From: Candidatus Multivoradales bacterium
Lineage (GTDB): Bacteria > Acidobacteriota > Thermoanaerobaculia > Multivoradales > Multivoraceae
Direction: 5' to 3'
DNA length: 64,000 bases
NCBI GenBank assembly: GCA_965223325.1
Contig: CBDCWI010000002.1
Location: 2,944,001 to 3,008,000 of the forward strand
The notes beneath the pieces were generated by a model that saw nothing but the letters and a program-made list of their open reading frames with translations, was not told where the DNA came from and did not search any database. The translations under genes and the position numbers were made by a program. How positions within the stretch are numbered: the first letter of the stretch is position 1; each line of letters begins with the position of its first letter. Of this stretch, positions 1-9,982 are shown piece after piece.

Positions 1-721
1 ACAGCTCTTCGAGCTTCTCGAAACGCCCGTGTCGCACGATCGCCATCGAATGCAGCTGCCGCGCAGCATCGCGACCGCCGCCGTGTAGGAGCGTGCGGAT
101 GGCGTCGCTGACAAAGCCCTCATCGGTGTCATCGATCTCGAGCGCCTTGGCGTAGACCTGAACTGCCTGATCGAACTCTTGATGCTGAACCATCATCGAG
201 GCGATGTTGGCGTACTCATCCATCGCCTTGGCGGTCAGTTTCTGGTCGCGGTAGAGCTGCGCTAGACGGACTCGGTTGGAGGGGTTCTCGGGCTCGAGGT
301 CGATCAGCTTCTGGTAGATCGTGATCATCGAAGCGGGGTCGTTCGAGCGCTCGAAATGGCCGACCAGCTGCAGATAATGCTGGCGCGCGTCGGGCACGAG
401 ACCCTGCTTGTGGTAGAGGCGTGACAGCGACCGGTGAATCTCTACGTTGCCGGCATCGGCACGTTGGATCTTCTTGTGCACCGCGATCGCCTTGACCAGG
501 AAACCGGCGCGCTCGTAACTGTCAGCCGTGCGGCCCCAGAACTGTGCGGCCTCGCTGGTCTTTCGAAGCCGGCGATACAAGTCACCAATCATGTTGGTGA
601 TGTTCGGATCGTCGCCGTCCTTGGAAAGGACCTCCTTGTACTTGACGATCGCCTTCTCGATCTTGCCCTTCGCCACCAGCTTCTCAGCCGCCTTGATGAC
701 GCGTTCCTTCCTGAAAGCCAT
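1..721 (-). CDS. Tetratricopeptide-repeat protein (partial, runs off the left edge)
   Basis: Not in the ORF track. Manual translation from ATG 721 (overlapping the rnhB TGA) gives MAFRKERVIKAAEKLVAKGKIEKAIVKYKEVL...IGDLY...YQKLIDLEPEN...LAQLY, a TPR helical periodicity. Confidence 0.8.
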   Translation of the reverse strand, partial: MAFRKERVIKAAEKLVAKGKIEKAIVKYKEVLSKDGDDPNITNMIGDLYRRLRKTSEAAQFWGRTADSYERAGFLVKAIAVHKKIQRADAGNVEIHRSLSRLYHKQGLVPDARQHYLQLVGHFERSNDPASMITIYQKLIDLEPENPSNRVRLAQLYRDQKLTAKAMDEYANIASMMVQHQEFDQAVQVYAKALEIDDTDEGFVSDAIRTLLHGGGRDAARQLHSMAIVRHGRFEKLEEL

Positions 722-1410
722 CAGCCGGCCGCTCCTGTCAGCGCGGAGTGACGCGGAACCACCGAGCGGAAGGTCAGCCGGTGAATCGGCGTGGGGCCAA
801 TCTCGGCGAGCGCTTCGCGGTGTTCTTGCGCGCCATATCCCTTGTTGGCTGCAAAGCCGTATTCGGGGTACTCGCGATCGTATTCGAGCATCAGGAAATC
901 ACGCTCCGTCTTCGCCAAGATCGAGGCGCTTGCGACGGCATAACTGAAGGAATCTCCCCGGATGATAGGCAACACCGGGTACGGAAGCCCAGGAAGGCTC
1001 ACCGCATCGATCAGAGCACAATTTGGGGCGATATGCAAGGAATTCAAGGAATTTAGCATTGCTCGCCTGGTCGCCTCGAGGACGTTGATGCGGTCGATTT
1101 CTGCCGCATCGACAGCCACCACGGACCAGGCCAGCGCCGACCGCTTGATCACCTCGGCAACACGGACCCGCTTCTCGGTGGCGAGCCGTTTGCTGTCGTC
1201 GACCCCGGGCACCGCCGTCTCTGGGTCGAGGATCACCGCAGCCGCCACGACGGGCCCTGCCAGGCAGCCCCGACCGACCTCGTCGACCCCGGCAACCAAA
1301 GGGAAACCGCAAGATGCGAGCAGCCGCTCGAGGCCCCGGATGAGCTGCAGGCGGTAGGTCTCGGCCATCAAGCCGAGCAGTAGCGAATCGAGGTCGGAGG
1401 CAGCACGCAT
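721..1410 (-). CDS. rnhB: Ribonuclease HII
   Basis: Motifs GVDEVGRG, DSK, IDA, AASILAK-like VASASILAK, NKGYG, HRLTF; follows rplS. The true start may be the downstream Met of MAETYRL. Confidence 0.95.
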   Translation of the reverse strand: MRAASDLDSLLLGLMAETYRLQLIRGLERLLASCGFPLVAGVDEVGRGCLAGPVVAAAVILDPETAVPGVDDSKRLATEKRVRVAEVIKRSALAWSVVAVDAAEIDRINVLEATRRAMLNSLNSLHIAPNCALIDAVSLPGLPYPVLPIIRGDSFSYAVASASILAKTERDFLMLEYDREYPEYGFAANKGYGAQEHREALAEIGPTPIHRLTFRSVVPRHSALTGAAG

Positions 1411-1525
1411 GGAACAGCTCGTTCAGGCAGCCTCCGGCGGGCGCCAGACCCGCGCCAGATCGTTCTGCGTCCGAGCGTCACTCACCAACCGCACGTCTCC
1501 ACAGCGTCGTTTGGTTCGAGGTCTC

Positions 1526-1921
1526 TCAGGCCTGTTCGGCGTCGACCTTCGGCTTGTTGAGGTCGTCGCGACGCTCCTCGATGCGAGCCTTCTTACCGCG
1601 CAGATTTCGCAGGTAGTAGAGCTTGGCGCGGCGCACCTTGCCCTTGCGCGCCACTTCGATCTTGTCGACGACCGGGCTATGGAGCGGGAAAATGCGCTCC
1701 ACTCCAATGCTGCCGGAGATCTTGCGGACCGTGAACGTCTCGCGGGTGCCACTGCCACGACGTGCAATGCAAACGCCCTGGAACAGCTGGATGCGCTCCT
1801 TGTCGCCTTCGATAACTCGCACGTGCACCTTGAGGGTATCGCCGGCGCGAAAGTCCGGCACATCACTCCTGAGGTAGTCGACTTCGTGGCGCGCCACGGT
1901 TTCCAACAGTTGCTTGTCCAT
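1526..1921 (-). CDS. rplS: 50S ribosomal protein L19
   Basis: [10 protein letters not shown]...ERIQLFQG...FTVRKIS...[11 protein letters not shown]...[10 protein letters not shown]; start taken at MDKQLL (1921). Confidence 0.97.
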   Translation of the reverse strand: MDKQLLETVARHEVDYLRSDVPDFRAGDTLKVHVRVIEGDKERIQLFQGVCIARRGSGTRETFTVRKISGSIGVERIFPLHSPVVDKIEVARKGKVRRAKLYYLRNLRGKKARIEERRDDLNKPKVDAEQA

Positions 1922-2222
1922 ATCGTCTTCTCTTGTCATCTCATCACCCGGCCGGCGGGCCGACCAAGACGCCGTGCCAGCCAGGGCTGTTGAGGTTGTC
2001 AGTAGAGCTAGTGTGTTGCATACGGGGATTGTGCTCTGCCCCCGTAGCATCCACCTCCCGGCACCAAAGCGATCTCATGCCGCAGAGGGACCTCTCGGGC
2101 ATCGAGACGCGCAAAGCGAAACTCGGCCCAGCCAGTCAACTCGGAACCAGTGATTCTCGCCTATCCGGGCCCACCGACGCAAGCAGTGTTCGGCCCGTTC
2201 CCCGGGGAGGGCAGCTCCTGCC

Positions 2223-2918
2223 TCAATCGTCCTCGTGATCTTCGAGCAGATCTGGACGGCGCTTTCTGGTGCGCTCCAGGGCCTGTTGGCGACGCCAGGC
2301 TGCGATCGCGCCATGGTCGCCAGAGAGCAGGATCTTCGGCACCTCGCGCCCTTCGACCATGGCTGGCCGGGTGTAGTGAGGCCAGTCGAGCAGCCCGTCG
2401 CGAAAGCTGTCGTTCTCGACCGAGCTCTGGCGCTGGACGACCCCGGGGATCTGGCGAGAAACCGCCTCGACGATCACCATTGCCGCCACCTCCCCACCCG
2501 AGAGAACGAAGTCGCCGAGTGAGATCTCCTCGCAACCACTGATCTCGAGAAACCGCTCGTCGACGCCTTCGTAGCGACCACAGACCAGAACCAGGCGGTC
2601 CTCGCTCGCAATCTCACGTACCAGACGCTCGTCTAGACGACGGCCCTGCGGCGACATGAGGAGCTCCCGGGGCGGCGTGCTGGCTTCGTCCTCGCGCAGC
2701 GCTCGCAGGGCGGCCAGAAGCGGCGGTGCGGTCATGACCATGCCGGCTTCACCACCGTACGGTTCGTCGTCGACCGAGCGATGGCGGTCATCGGTGAACT
2801 CGCGGAGATCGAACACCCGTACTTCGAGGAGACCATTGGCGATCGCCTTACCAATCAGGCTGGCGGCCAGGAAGTCCCCGAAGATCTCAGGGAAGATGGT
2901 TACGATGTCGATGCGCAT
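2223..2918 (-). CDS. trmD: tRNA (guanine37-N1)-methyltransferase
   Basis: MRIDIVTIFPE, VDDEPYGG, CGRYEGVDER, SLGDFVLSGGE, YTRP, SGDH. Confidence 0.97.
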   Translation of the reverse strand: MRIDIVTIFPEIFGDFLAASLIGKAIANGLLEVRVFDLREFTDDRHRSVDDEPYGGEAGMVMTAPPLLAALRALREDEASTPPRELLMSPQGRRLDERLVREIASEDRLVLVCGRYEGVDERFLEISGCEEISLGDFVLSGGEVAAMVIVEAVSRQIPGVVQRQSSVENDSFRDGLLDWPHYTRPAMVEGREVPKILLSGDHGAIAAWRRQQALERTRKRRPDLLEDHEDD

Positions 2919-3469
2919 GCTTCGACCAGGCCTTCCGGGAGTTCGGTCTCGATGAGGCGGGCTTCAGGATCGACGCGCACCAGGAAGGCACGCACGAATG
3001 GAATCAGGCTAGTCCCTTTCCCGCCTGCCCGCGGAGACTCGAGATCCAGCTGCAGAAGCAGTCCGCCACCGTCCTCGACGACGTCTCGGACGACTCCAAT
3101 GACGCCGTCGCGGCGATCTTCGACCCGACAACCAATGAGCTCGAAGAACCACCACGAGTCGTCTTCGTCGGTGTCCGGTACGTCATCGCGATGAACTTCC
3201 AGCCAATGACCGCGCAGCGCCTCGGCGGCGTCGCGGTCGTCGATGTCCTCGAAGCGCAGCAAGACCGCGCCCTTGTGGGCGCGCGACGCGGCAACGGTGA
3301 GCGTAGCGCTCGGCCGACCCCTTTGCTCGGGGCTCGAAAGCAGGAGCCGAGCACCCATCGCGAACCGATCGGCGACGTCGGACTCACTGCGCACCAGCAC
3401 TTCACCACGGACCCCGTGGGGGCGCGAGATCCGCCCAACCAGGACGGTCTCTGGTGGGGAAGCGGTCAG
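2900..3469 (-). CDS. rimM: Ribosome maturation factor RimM (probable CTG start)
   Basis: The conserved N-terminal motif VLVGRISRPHGVRGEV lies upstream of the ORF-track start (3400). LIGCRV and LIPFV (PRC barrel) are present. Position is between khpA and trmD. Confidence 0.9.
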   Translation of the reverse strand: MTASPPETVLVGRISRPHGVRGEVLVRSESDVADRFAMGARLLLSSPEQRGRPSATLTVAASRAHKGAVLLRFEDIDDRDAAEALRGHWLEVHRDDVPDTDEDDSWWFFELIGCRVEDRRDGVIGVVRDVVEDGGGLLLQLDLESPRAGGKGTSLIPFVRAFLVRVDPEARLIETELPEGLVEACASTS

Positions 3470-3732
3470 GAGTCCTCGATCTCCAGATCGTAGAAGTCTT
3501 CGCCGTCGAGCGACGAACGGACCTCGAGCATGGTGCGCAGAGCGCGCACCGTCCGACCCTGGCGACCAATGACTTTGCCGAGCTCATCGGGGTGGGTGTG
3601 GACGCGAAGGAGAACACTGTGGCCGAGGTTCTCTTCCTCGACCAGGACCTGATCTGGCTCATCGACCAGCCCACGAACGATCTCGGTGAGCTGCTTGGCT
3701 ACTTGGCTGTCACTGGCTTCGGGCATGTTCAA
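3466..3732 (-). CDS. khpA: KH-domain RNA-binding protein KhpA
   Basis: LVDEPDQV...ELGKVIGRQGRTVRALRT; canonical position between rpsP and rimM. Confidence 0.9.
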   Translation of the reverse strand: MNMPEASDSQVAKQLTEIVRGLVDEPDQVLVEEENLGHSVLLRVHTHPDELGKVIGRQGRTVRALRTMLEVRSSLDGEDFYDLEIEDS

Positions 3733-3737
3733 CCTTC

Positions 3738-4214
3738 CTATGCGTCTGCATCTTCGGGAGCAGCAGCATCTTCAGAGGGCGCATCGTCAGCCGGCGCCTC
3801 CTCAGCTGGCGCCTCTTCGGCGGCTGCCTCGGGAGCGGCCTCCGTTGCCGCCTCTTCTGAAGCCTCGGAGGCTGCCTCCGCCTCCGGAGCTGCTGCCTCG
3901 ACCGCTGGCTCTTCGGCGGGCGCTGGAGCCGGTTTGGCCTTTCCAGGAGCAAGCTCGGCCTTTTTCTGGGTGAGCTCGCCCTGGTTGCCGCGCTTGATCA
4001 AACTCTGCACGGTGCTCGACATGCGAGCGCCGTTGCCGACCCAGTGCTCGACGCGTTCTTGGTTGATCTGGATGATGCTCGGTGAACGAGTCGGGTCGTA
4101 GACCCCGATCTCCTCGAGCGCTTTGGATGTCGGCACCTTGCGGGAGTCGGACACCACAACGCGATAGAACGGAGCGTTGGTGGTTCCCATGCGGCGCAGC
4201 CTGATTCTGAGCAT
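3738..4214 (-). CDS. rpsP: 30S ribosomal protein S16 with long acidic Ala/Glu/Pro tail
   Basis: MLRIRLRRMG...PFYRVVVSDSR...EEIGVYDP...WVGNGA; start taken at ATG 4214. Confidence 0.96.
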   Translation of the reverse strand: MLRIRLRRMGTTNAPFYRVVVSDSRKVPTSKALEEIGVYDPTRSPSIIQINQERVEHWVGNGARMSSTVQSLIKRGNQGELTQKKAELAPGKAKPAPAPAEEPAVEAAAPEAEAASEASEEAATEAAPEAAAEEAPAEEAPADDAPSEDAAAPEDADA

Positions 4215-4457
4215 GTCTTTGTTCTTCCTGGTTCTTGGATCGCGGGCCGCTCTCCGGCCGCGAGGTGCGACCACTCTTGTGGTCGCGCAGTTCTTGAAAG
4301 CGTGTGGTCGCCGAAGCAACCTCGTGGCGGTTCCTCGCCTGCCCCTTCGCCTCGTGTGTCGACAAAGAGCTGGCTTGCGGTTCTCCGGCGTTTGTGGGCG
4401 GAGGGTGATGAGACCTCGAGCGAGAGGCTCACCAGATCGCCAAGTCACGAAACGGCG

Positions 4458-4466
4458 ACTCTAGCA
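4458..4466 (-). promoter_or_regulatory. Putative extended -10 promoter (TGCTAGAGT) for rpsP
   Basis: TGn-TAnnnT motif in the ffh-rpsP intergenic region; similar motifs precede mglA, the GT2 gene and sspB. Confidence 0.35.
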
Positions 4467-4509
4467 TGTGGTGACTGCGAAGCCCTAGGAAGGAGCTTCG
4501 AAAACGGGC

Positions 4510-5841
4510 CTAGCGCCCCATTCCGGGGCCCATGACCCCCTTCATGAAGCCGCCCCGCATCTTCTTCATCATCTTGCGCATCTGTTTGTACTGCCTGAGC
4601 AGCTGGTTGAGCTCCTGGACCGAGCGCCCCGAGCCCCGAGCCACGCGCTTCTTGCGACTGGCGTTGAGCAGCCCTGGCCGAGCCCGCTCGGCCGGCGTCA
4701 TCGAGTCGATCAGGGCCTCGACCGCCACCAGGCGGCCCTCATCGACCTCTCCGCCTTGCATTCCCTTGAACGGTCCGGTCTTGGGCAAGAGATCGACCAA
4801 CTGAGTCAACGGGCCCAGTTTGCGCAACTGCCGCAGCTGTGACCGCAGATCTTCGAGGGTGAACTCCTGCTTCGAAATGCGTTCGGCCAAACGCTCGGCC
4901 TCGTCTTGATCGATCGCCTTCTCGGCGCGCTCGATCAGCGACAGCACGTCTCCCTGCCCGAGGATTCTCGACGCCAGGCGATCGGGGGCGAACAACTCGA
5001 GGTCTTCGGCCTTCTCACCCACGCCGACAAACCGAATTGGTACCTGCGCGACGGTCCGGATCGACAGCGCCGCACCACCGCGCGAGTCGCCGTCGAGTTT
5101 GGTGAGAATGGCGCCGGTTAGCGGCAGCGCCTCACCGAAGTGCGCCGCACTCTTGACCGCATCTTGGCCGGTCATCGAGTCGCACACGAACAAGAGCTCG
5201 TCGGGCTTTGTGTGCTCAACCAGGGTGACCAGTTCGCCCATCAACGCGTCGTCGATATGCAAGCGGCCGGCGGTGTCGAAGAGGATCACGTCGTGCGCGT
5301 CACTCGACGCCCGACGCTGGGCGCGCTTGGCCAGGTCAATCAGACTGTCACCAGCTTCGGGAACCACGACCGGCGCACCGACGTTCTCACCCACCTGGCG
5401 AAGTTGCTCGACCGCTGCGGCGCGCTGAAGGTCGCCGGCGACCAGGAGCGGCCGATGGCGGCCCGACTGTTTCAAGCGCAGCGCAACCTTGCCGATGGTC
5501 GTGGTTTTGCCGGAGCCCTGGAGGCCGCACAGCATCACCACACTCGGCTTGCCCGACAGACTGAGTTCGCCAGGCGCCTCCCCAAGCAGTGCGATGAGCT
5601 CATCGCGAACGATCTTGAGAACCTGCTGGTCAGGCGACAGGCTGGTGAGCACTTCCTCGCCGAGTGCTTTCTCCTCGACCCGCTTGACGAAGGCGCGCAC
5701 CACCTTGAAGTGAACGTCCGCTTCGAGCAACGCCAGACGAATCTCACGCATCGCGCGCTTGATGTCGTCCTCGGTGACCCGACCACGGCCCCGCAAGCGG
5801 CCAAATGCCGTTTGCAGCTTGCCTTGAAGTCCGTCAAACAT
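4510..5841 (-). CDS. ffh: Signal recognition particle protein Ffh
   Basis: GLQGSGKTTT, DTAGR, TGQDA, TKLDGDSRGG and the M domain (SMTPAER...SRKKRVARGSG). Confidence 0.98.
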   Translation of the reverse strand: MFDGLQGKLQTAFGRLRGRGRVTEDDIKRAMREIRLALLEADVHFKVVRAFVKRVEEKALGEEVLTSLSPDQQVLKIVRDELIALLGEAPGELSLSGKPSVVMLCGLQGSGKTTTIGKVALRLKQSGRHRPLLVAGDLQRAAAVEQLRQVGENVGAPVVVPEAGDSLIDLAKRAQRRASSDAHDVILFDTAGRLHIDDALMGELVTLVEHTKPDELLFVCDSMTGQDAVKSAAHFGEALPLTGAILTKLDGDSRGGAALSIRTVAQVPIRFVGVGEKAEDLELFAPDRLASRILGQGDVLSLIERAEKAIDQDEAERLAERISKQEFTLEDLRSQLRQLRKLGPLTQLVDLLPKTGPFKGMQGGEVDEGRLVAVEALIDSMTPAERARPGLLNASRKKRVARGSGRSVQELNQLLRQYKQMRKMMKKMRGGFMKGVMGPGMGR

Positions 5842-5947
5842 GGTCCTGCCTCATTCCTTCCACCTGTCCTGGCCGACCGGAGCTCGATGAGTCCCAGAGT
5901 CGAAACGAGCGAGGCGGGAGTCTAGCGAAATCGCCAGCACGCCTTAG

Positions 5948-8488
5948 CTAACGCCTGGCGTGACGCAGTCCAAAGAGCGCCGGCAGGAGCGTGATCGAAA
6001 CCAGGCTGGTGGCCAGTGCTCCGAGAATGGCAGCGAAACCGATCGACCGCAGCCCCGGGTAACTCGACAGCGACAGCGAGCCAAACCCGACACTCGTCGA
6101 GAGTGCCGCCATGACGATCGCTTTGCCGGTCTCTTCGAGCCCTGAGCGCAGATCGTCGGAGGCTCTGCTCGCCAGCTCGCGAAAGCGGTGCACCATATGG
6201 ACACCGTAGTCGACACCGATTCCGATGATCATCGTGGCCACGAAAACGTTGAAGAAGTTCATTTTCTGGCCCAGAGCCGCCATGCCCGCGAGCATCCAGG
6301 TGACCCCGACTACCAGGGGCGCGAGCGAATAGAGAGCGTCGTCGATGCGCCTGAAGTCGATACACAGCATGATGGCCACGATCACGAAGCCGAGTACCGC
6401 GGCCACCACCGCGTCTTCGAGGATCTGGTTGCGCAGGGTCTCACTCACCCGGTTGACACCCGTTAGCACGACGGACCCACCGTCGACCTCCGCCGCCAGT
6501 TGCTCGGCAATGCGGAGGACTCCGGGCGGTGCCTCACGTTTCCAGGTCCTGGGGGGTGGGTGCAGGTAGACAACGCTCTTCCAGACTCCCTCGTCCTCTC
6601 GCAGGTAGCGACCGAGCAGCCGACGAGTCATCGGGGCGGCAGCGAACTCGTAAAAGCCCACCGGCTTGGCCTCCGCTGCTTGACGATAAAGCTCCAGACC
6701 CCGTTCGAAGCCAGACGCCGACAAGCCAACCTCGGCGGCGGCTCGTTGAAAGGAACCAAGGACCCGCTCAGGTAGGAACGTCTCCGAATGCTCGTCGAGA
6801 AAGCGACGGGCCTTCTCCTGCTGTGCGGCCGAGGGGAGAACGTCGGAGATGCTGTCGACCGACCGCAGCTCATCGGTGCCCAGTTCACGCACCATCGCCA
6901 TCGCGCGCTCGGTCAACCCGAGCACCGCTGCTTCACTGTCGGCTTCCAAGACCAGCATCATGTAGTCGAAGCCCGACCCGAACTTCTCCCCCACCTCGCT
7001 TTCGATCATCACCCCCCGGTTGTCGCTCGGGCGCAGGTCACGAATGCTGTCCTCGAACTCGAGACCGCGGGCCAGAAAAGCCGCAACTGCAGAGAGGAGC
7101 AACCCTGCAGCCAGAACCGGCCAGGGATGACGGTAGGAGAAGCGAACCAGGCGCTTGGAGCCGAACCCGTGGAGAAAGCGCTTCATTGGCTTCCGGCGGG
7201 CGGTGCCCCGGTCTTCACTCCAGGCGAGGAGCGCCGGCAAGAGCACGATCACCGCGACCATGCAGAACAAGATCCCGGTCCCGACCAGAAGTCCCATCTG
7301 GCGCAGACCAGTGAACTTGGTTGCCGCAAAGGCGTAGAAGGTGGCCGCTGTGGTCATACCGCCGGTGATCACCGCGCGCCCTGAGGAGCCGGTCATCAGC
7401 GCCAACGCTTCGTCGACCGGAACACCGCGGCGACGTTCCTCGACGTACCGACCGTAGGAGACGATCACGAAGTCGATCCCGAGGCCGACGAGCAGCGCCG
7501 CAAAGCTGCTGGTGATGGCGTTGAGCAGACCGACCGTTGCACCGGCAAAGCCCAGCGCCAGAATCATGCCGCTGGCGAGGGGAACGAAGGCGTACCCGAC
7601 GACGCCAAGCCTCCTGAAGGCGAACCAGAACAGCAACAGCACCGCGACGATGGACGTACCGGCGTTGGTGATGATGTCGCGGGTCAGAGTGCCGGCGTCT
7701 GAGACGGCGGTGGCGTAGGTGCCGCCGTAGTCGACGACGGGCGGTGTGAACTCGCCGGCCCAGGACCAGTCTTCCTCGGCACGCGCCACCGCCTCGTCGA
7801 CCTCGGCGAGCAGGCGGCGGGCAAACTCGATCTCCTGCGCCGGTTCGGTTGGCCGGGCAATCAGAAGCAGCATGCTGCGGTCTGCCGAGAGTAGGTACCC
7901 GCTCGCCCAATCGACATCGAGCGCCCCCTGAGAAGCCGCCGCGCGATCGAGGAAGCTGGCCGAGATACCAAGCGGATCGAGGCGCAGAAGGGGCGCAGTC
8001 GCCAGCGACTCCGGGGTTTCGAGCAGCCGGCGGACCTCGCCAGCACGGGCGCGTATCCCATCGTCGTCGAGACGTGAAGCGACCTCACGGAGCTCTTTCT
8101 CGTCGAGGAACAAAAGGGCACTCGGAAAGTGCTCCTCCACTAGAACTTCGAGATCGGGGGCTCGATAGTCCACCGATCCGATCTCAGAGAGCGCTTCGAG
8201 CTCCTTTCCCAGCCCGTCGGCGAAATCCAGATAGGGATCAGGAACTTCGCCTTTCGGGATGCGCACCACCACCAGAAGGACATCGAGGCTCCCGAAATCG
8301 GAGAGTGCCTCGCGAAAGGTGCGCACCACCGGATCGTCCTGCGGCAGGAGATTGAGAACCTCGGTGTCCACCTGAAGCCGGCTGGCCAAGAACACCGAAA
8401 CAGCGAGCAGCACAACGAGCACAGCGAACACCAACCGATAGTGACCGCGAGCGTAGCGCGCCGAAAGCTCCAGCCAACGTTCGATCAT
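5948..8488 (-). CDS. MMPL/RND-superfamily membrane exporter
   Basis: 846 aa with two repeats of a large loop plus TM bundle; GLGIDF and GIGVDYGVH motifs. Confidence 0.88.
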   Translation of the reverse strand: MIERWLELSARYARGHYRLVFAVLVVLLAVSVFLASRLQVDTEVLNLLPQDDPVVRTFREALSDFGSLDVLLVVVRIPKGEVPDPYLDFADGLGKELEALSEIGSVDYRAPDLEVLVEEHFPSALLFLDEKELREVASRLDDDGIRARAGEVRRLLETPESLATAPLLRLDPLGISASFLDRAAASQGALDVDWASGYLLSADRSMLLLIARPTEPAQEIEFARRLLAEVDEAVARAEEDWSWAGEFTPPVVDYGGTYATAVSDAGTLTRDIITNAGTSIVAVLLLFWFAFRRLGVVGYAFVPLASGMILALGFAGATVGLLNAITSSFAALLVGLGIDFVIVSYGRYVEERRRGVPVDEALALMTGSSGRAVITGGMTTAATFYAFAATKFTGLRQMGLLVGTGILFCMVAVIVLLPALLAWSEDRGTARRKPMKRFLHGFGSKRLVRFSYRHPWPVLAAGLLLSAVAAFLARGLEFEDSIRDLRPSDNRGVMIESEVGEKFGSGFDYMMLVLEADSEAAVLGLTERAMAMVRELGTDELRSVDSISDVLPSAAQQEKARRFLDEHSETFLPERVLGSFQRAAAEVGLSASGFERGLELYRQAAEAKPVGFYEFAAAPMTRRLLGRYLREDEGVWKSVVYLHPPPRTWKREAPPGVLRIAEQLAAEVDGGSVVLTGVNRVSETLRNQILEDAVVAAVLGFVIVAIMLCIDFRRIDDALYSLAPLVVGVTWMLAGMAALGQKMNFFNVFVATMIIGIGVDYGVHMVHRFRELASRASDDLRSGLEETGKAIVMAALSTSVGFGSLSLSSYPGLRSIGFAAILGALATSLVSITLLPALFGLRHARR

Positions 8489-8542
8489 GCTCTAAGACTT
8501 CGCAGAAGAGACATCAGTAGACGAAGCGGACCGCCGAAGGCG

Positions 8543-9085
8543 TCAGTCCGTTGCTTCGCGGAGGACCTGCCGGTTCTTGACGAAGTACTCGACACCGGAG
8601 ACCACGGTCGCAACCAACGCCAACCAGAGCGCGAGGTTCGCCAGCCAGGCAAAATCGCCGAGCAACCGCTGCACGATGAGCAGCGAGATCGCCACCACTT
8701 GCAAGACGGTCTTGATCTTGCCGGAGTTGGCTGCCGCCAACACCAGACTGCGTGACGCAGCCACGCTACGAAGTGCCGAGACCGCAAACTCCCGCGCCAG
8801 AATGATCACCACCATCCAGGCGGGCGCAAGACCGAGCCCAACAAGCGAAACAAAGGCTGCCGACATCAAGATCTTGTCGGCTGCCGGGTCGAGCAACTTG
8901 CCGAGGTTGGTGACCTGACGCCGACGGCGAGCGAGGAAACCGTCGAGGAAGTCGGTCGCCGCCGCGATCAGAAAGATCGCCAACGCAACCAGCGACTTGC
9001 CTTCGAACTCGGTCAAGAGCACTGCCACCAGAAACGGCACCATCAGGATGCGACCGAGGGTCAGGATGTTCGGAAGGTTCCACAT
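8543..9085 (-). CDS. pgsA: CDP-diacylglycerol--glycerol-3-phosphate 3-phosphatidyltransferase
   Basis: NLPNILTLGR, TDFLDGFLAR, GKLLDPAADK, RE, GKIKT; start at MWNLP (9085). Confidence 0.95.
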   Translation of the reverse strand: MWNLPNILTLGRILMVPFLVAVLLTEFEGKSLVALAIFLIAAATDFLDGFLARRRRQVTNLGKLLDPAADKILMSAAFVSLVGLGLAPAWMVVIILAREFAVSALRSVAASRSLVLAAANSGKIKTVLQVVAISLLIVQRLLGDFAWLANLALWLALVATVVSGVEYFVKNRQVLREATD

Positions 9086-9217
9086 GTCGGGTTCGACTCG
9101 AGGCATTTCGGCGGCGCGACTACACCTGGTCCGGCGCAAAGGGGAGTTGGTCGTGTCCGGACCCGAGGTCCGGCCCTGGCTCTACCGATTCGACCTCGGG
9201 TCTAGGGTTCTCGAGGC

Positions 9218-9982
9218 TCAGTCCTGGGTGACCAACTCGATGGTGTTGCCCGGACCGCGCCTCATGACGACCGCCCGACCGCGAGAACTCGAGCCGCCTG
9301 CCGCGCCATAGCCGCGGCCGCTGTAGAGGCCCATGACCTTCTCGACATAGCGCTTGGTTTCTGCGTAAGGCGGAACCCTACCGTATCGGTCGACCGCGGT
9401 TGGCCCGGCGTTGTAACCGGCCAGCGCCAACCGCAGGTCGCCACCGAAGCGATCGAGCAATTGACGCAGATAGCGCGTACCGCCGTCGATGTTGTGCGCC
9501 GGATCCCAGGCGTCATCCACTCCGAGTTCCGCCGCGGTGGCAGGCATCAGCTGCATCAAACCCATCGCGCCCTTGTTCGAACGCGCACGCGGGTTGAAAT
9601 AGGACTCGACCTGGATGACCGCCGTCACCAGACGCGGATCGAGGCCGCGTTGCTGGGACCAGTAGTTGATCAGGGTTGCGAAGGGAGGGTTCTCGCGCAG
9701 CCGCACCGTTGTCACACCGCGCCGACGCGGTGCGACCGAAAGCGCGGGGGCGTTCTTGCTGGCGCGTCGTGAGGTACCCGGTTGCGGGGTGTTGACGATC
9801 GTGCGGATGCCGTCCGCACCACGGGTGATGCGGATCTCTCCACCCGCAGCGCCGGCTTCGGCAGCCGCTCCGGACGGCCCGACAATAGAAAGCAACAAGA
9901 GTCCCGCCGCGGCCAGAAACGGCCACCGACGGCGCAAAGCAACCGCCGCAACACGAGAGGCCAGCTCGGGCGTGTGCATCAT
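9218..9982 (-). CDS. Secreted SLT-family lytic transglycosylase
   Basis: Signal peptide; QVES, GAMGLMQLMP, NIDGG, AGYNAG, ETKRYV. Confidence 0.92.
   Translation of the reverse strand: MMHTPELASRVAAVALRRRWPFLAAAGLLLLSIVGPSGAAAEAGAAGGEIRITRGADGIRTIVNTPQPGTSRRASKNAPALSVAPRRRGVTTVRLRENPPFATLINYWSQQRGLDPRLVTAVIQVESYFNPRARSNKGAMGLMQLMPATAAELGVDDAWDPAHNIDGGTRYLRQLLDRFGGDLRLALAGYNAGPTAVDRYGRVPPYAETKRYVEKVMGLYSGRGYGAAGGSSSRGRAVVMRRGPGNTIELVTQD

Noticed and set aside
2017-2050. Element remnant upstream of rplS (TACGGGG...CCCCGTA)
   Set aside because: Only a 7-nt match, arms are in the wrong order for element ends; likely a local leader hairpin.
9160-9205. Another mobile element (GACCCGAGGTC inverted repeat ending in CTAG)
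   Set aside because: Short, single copy, not on the stop codon; more simply a terminator-like hairpin after the transglycosylase gene.
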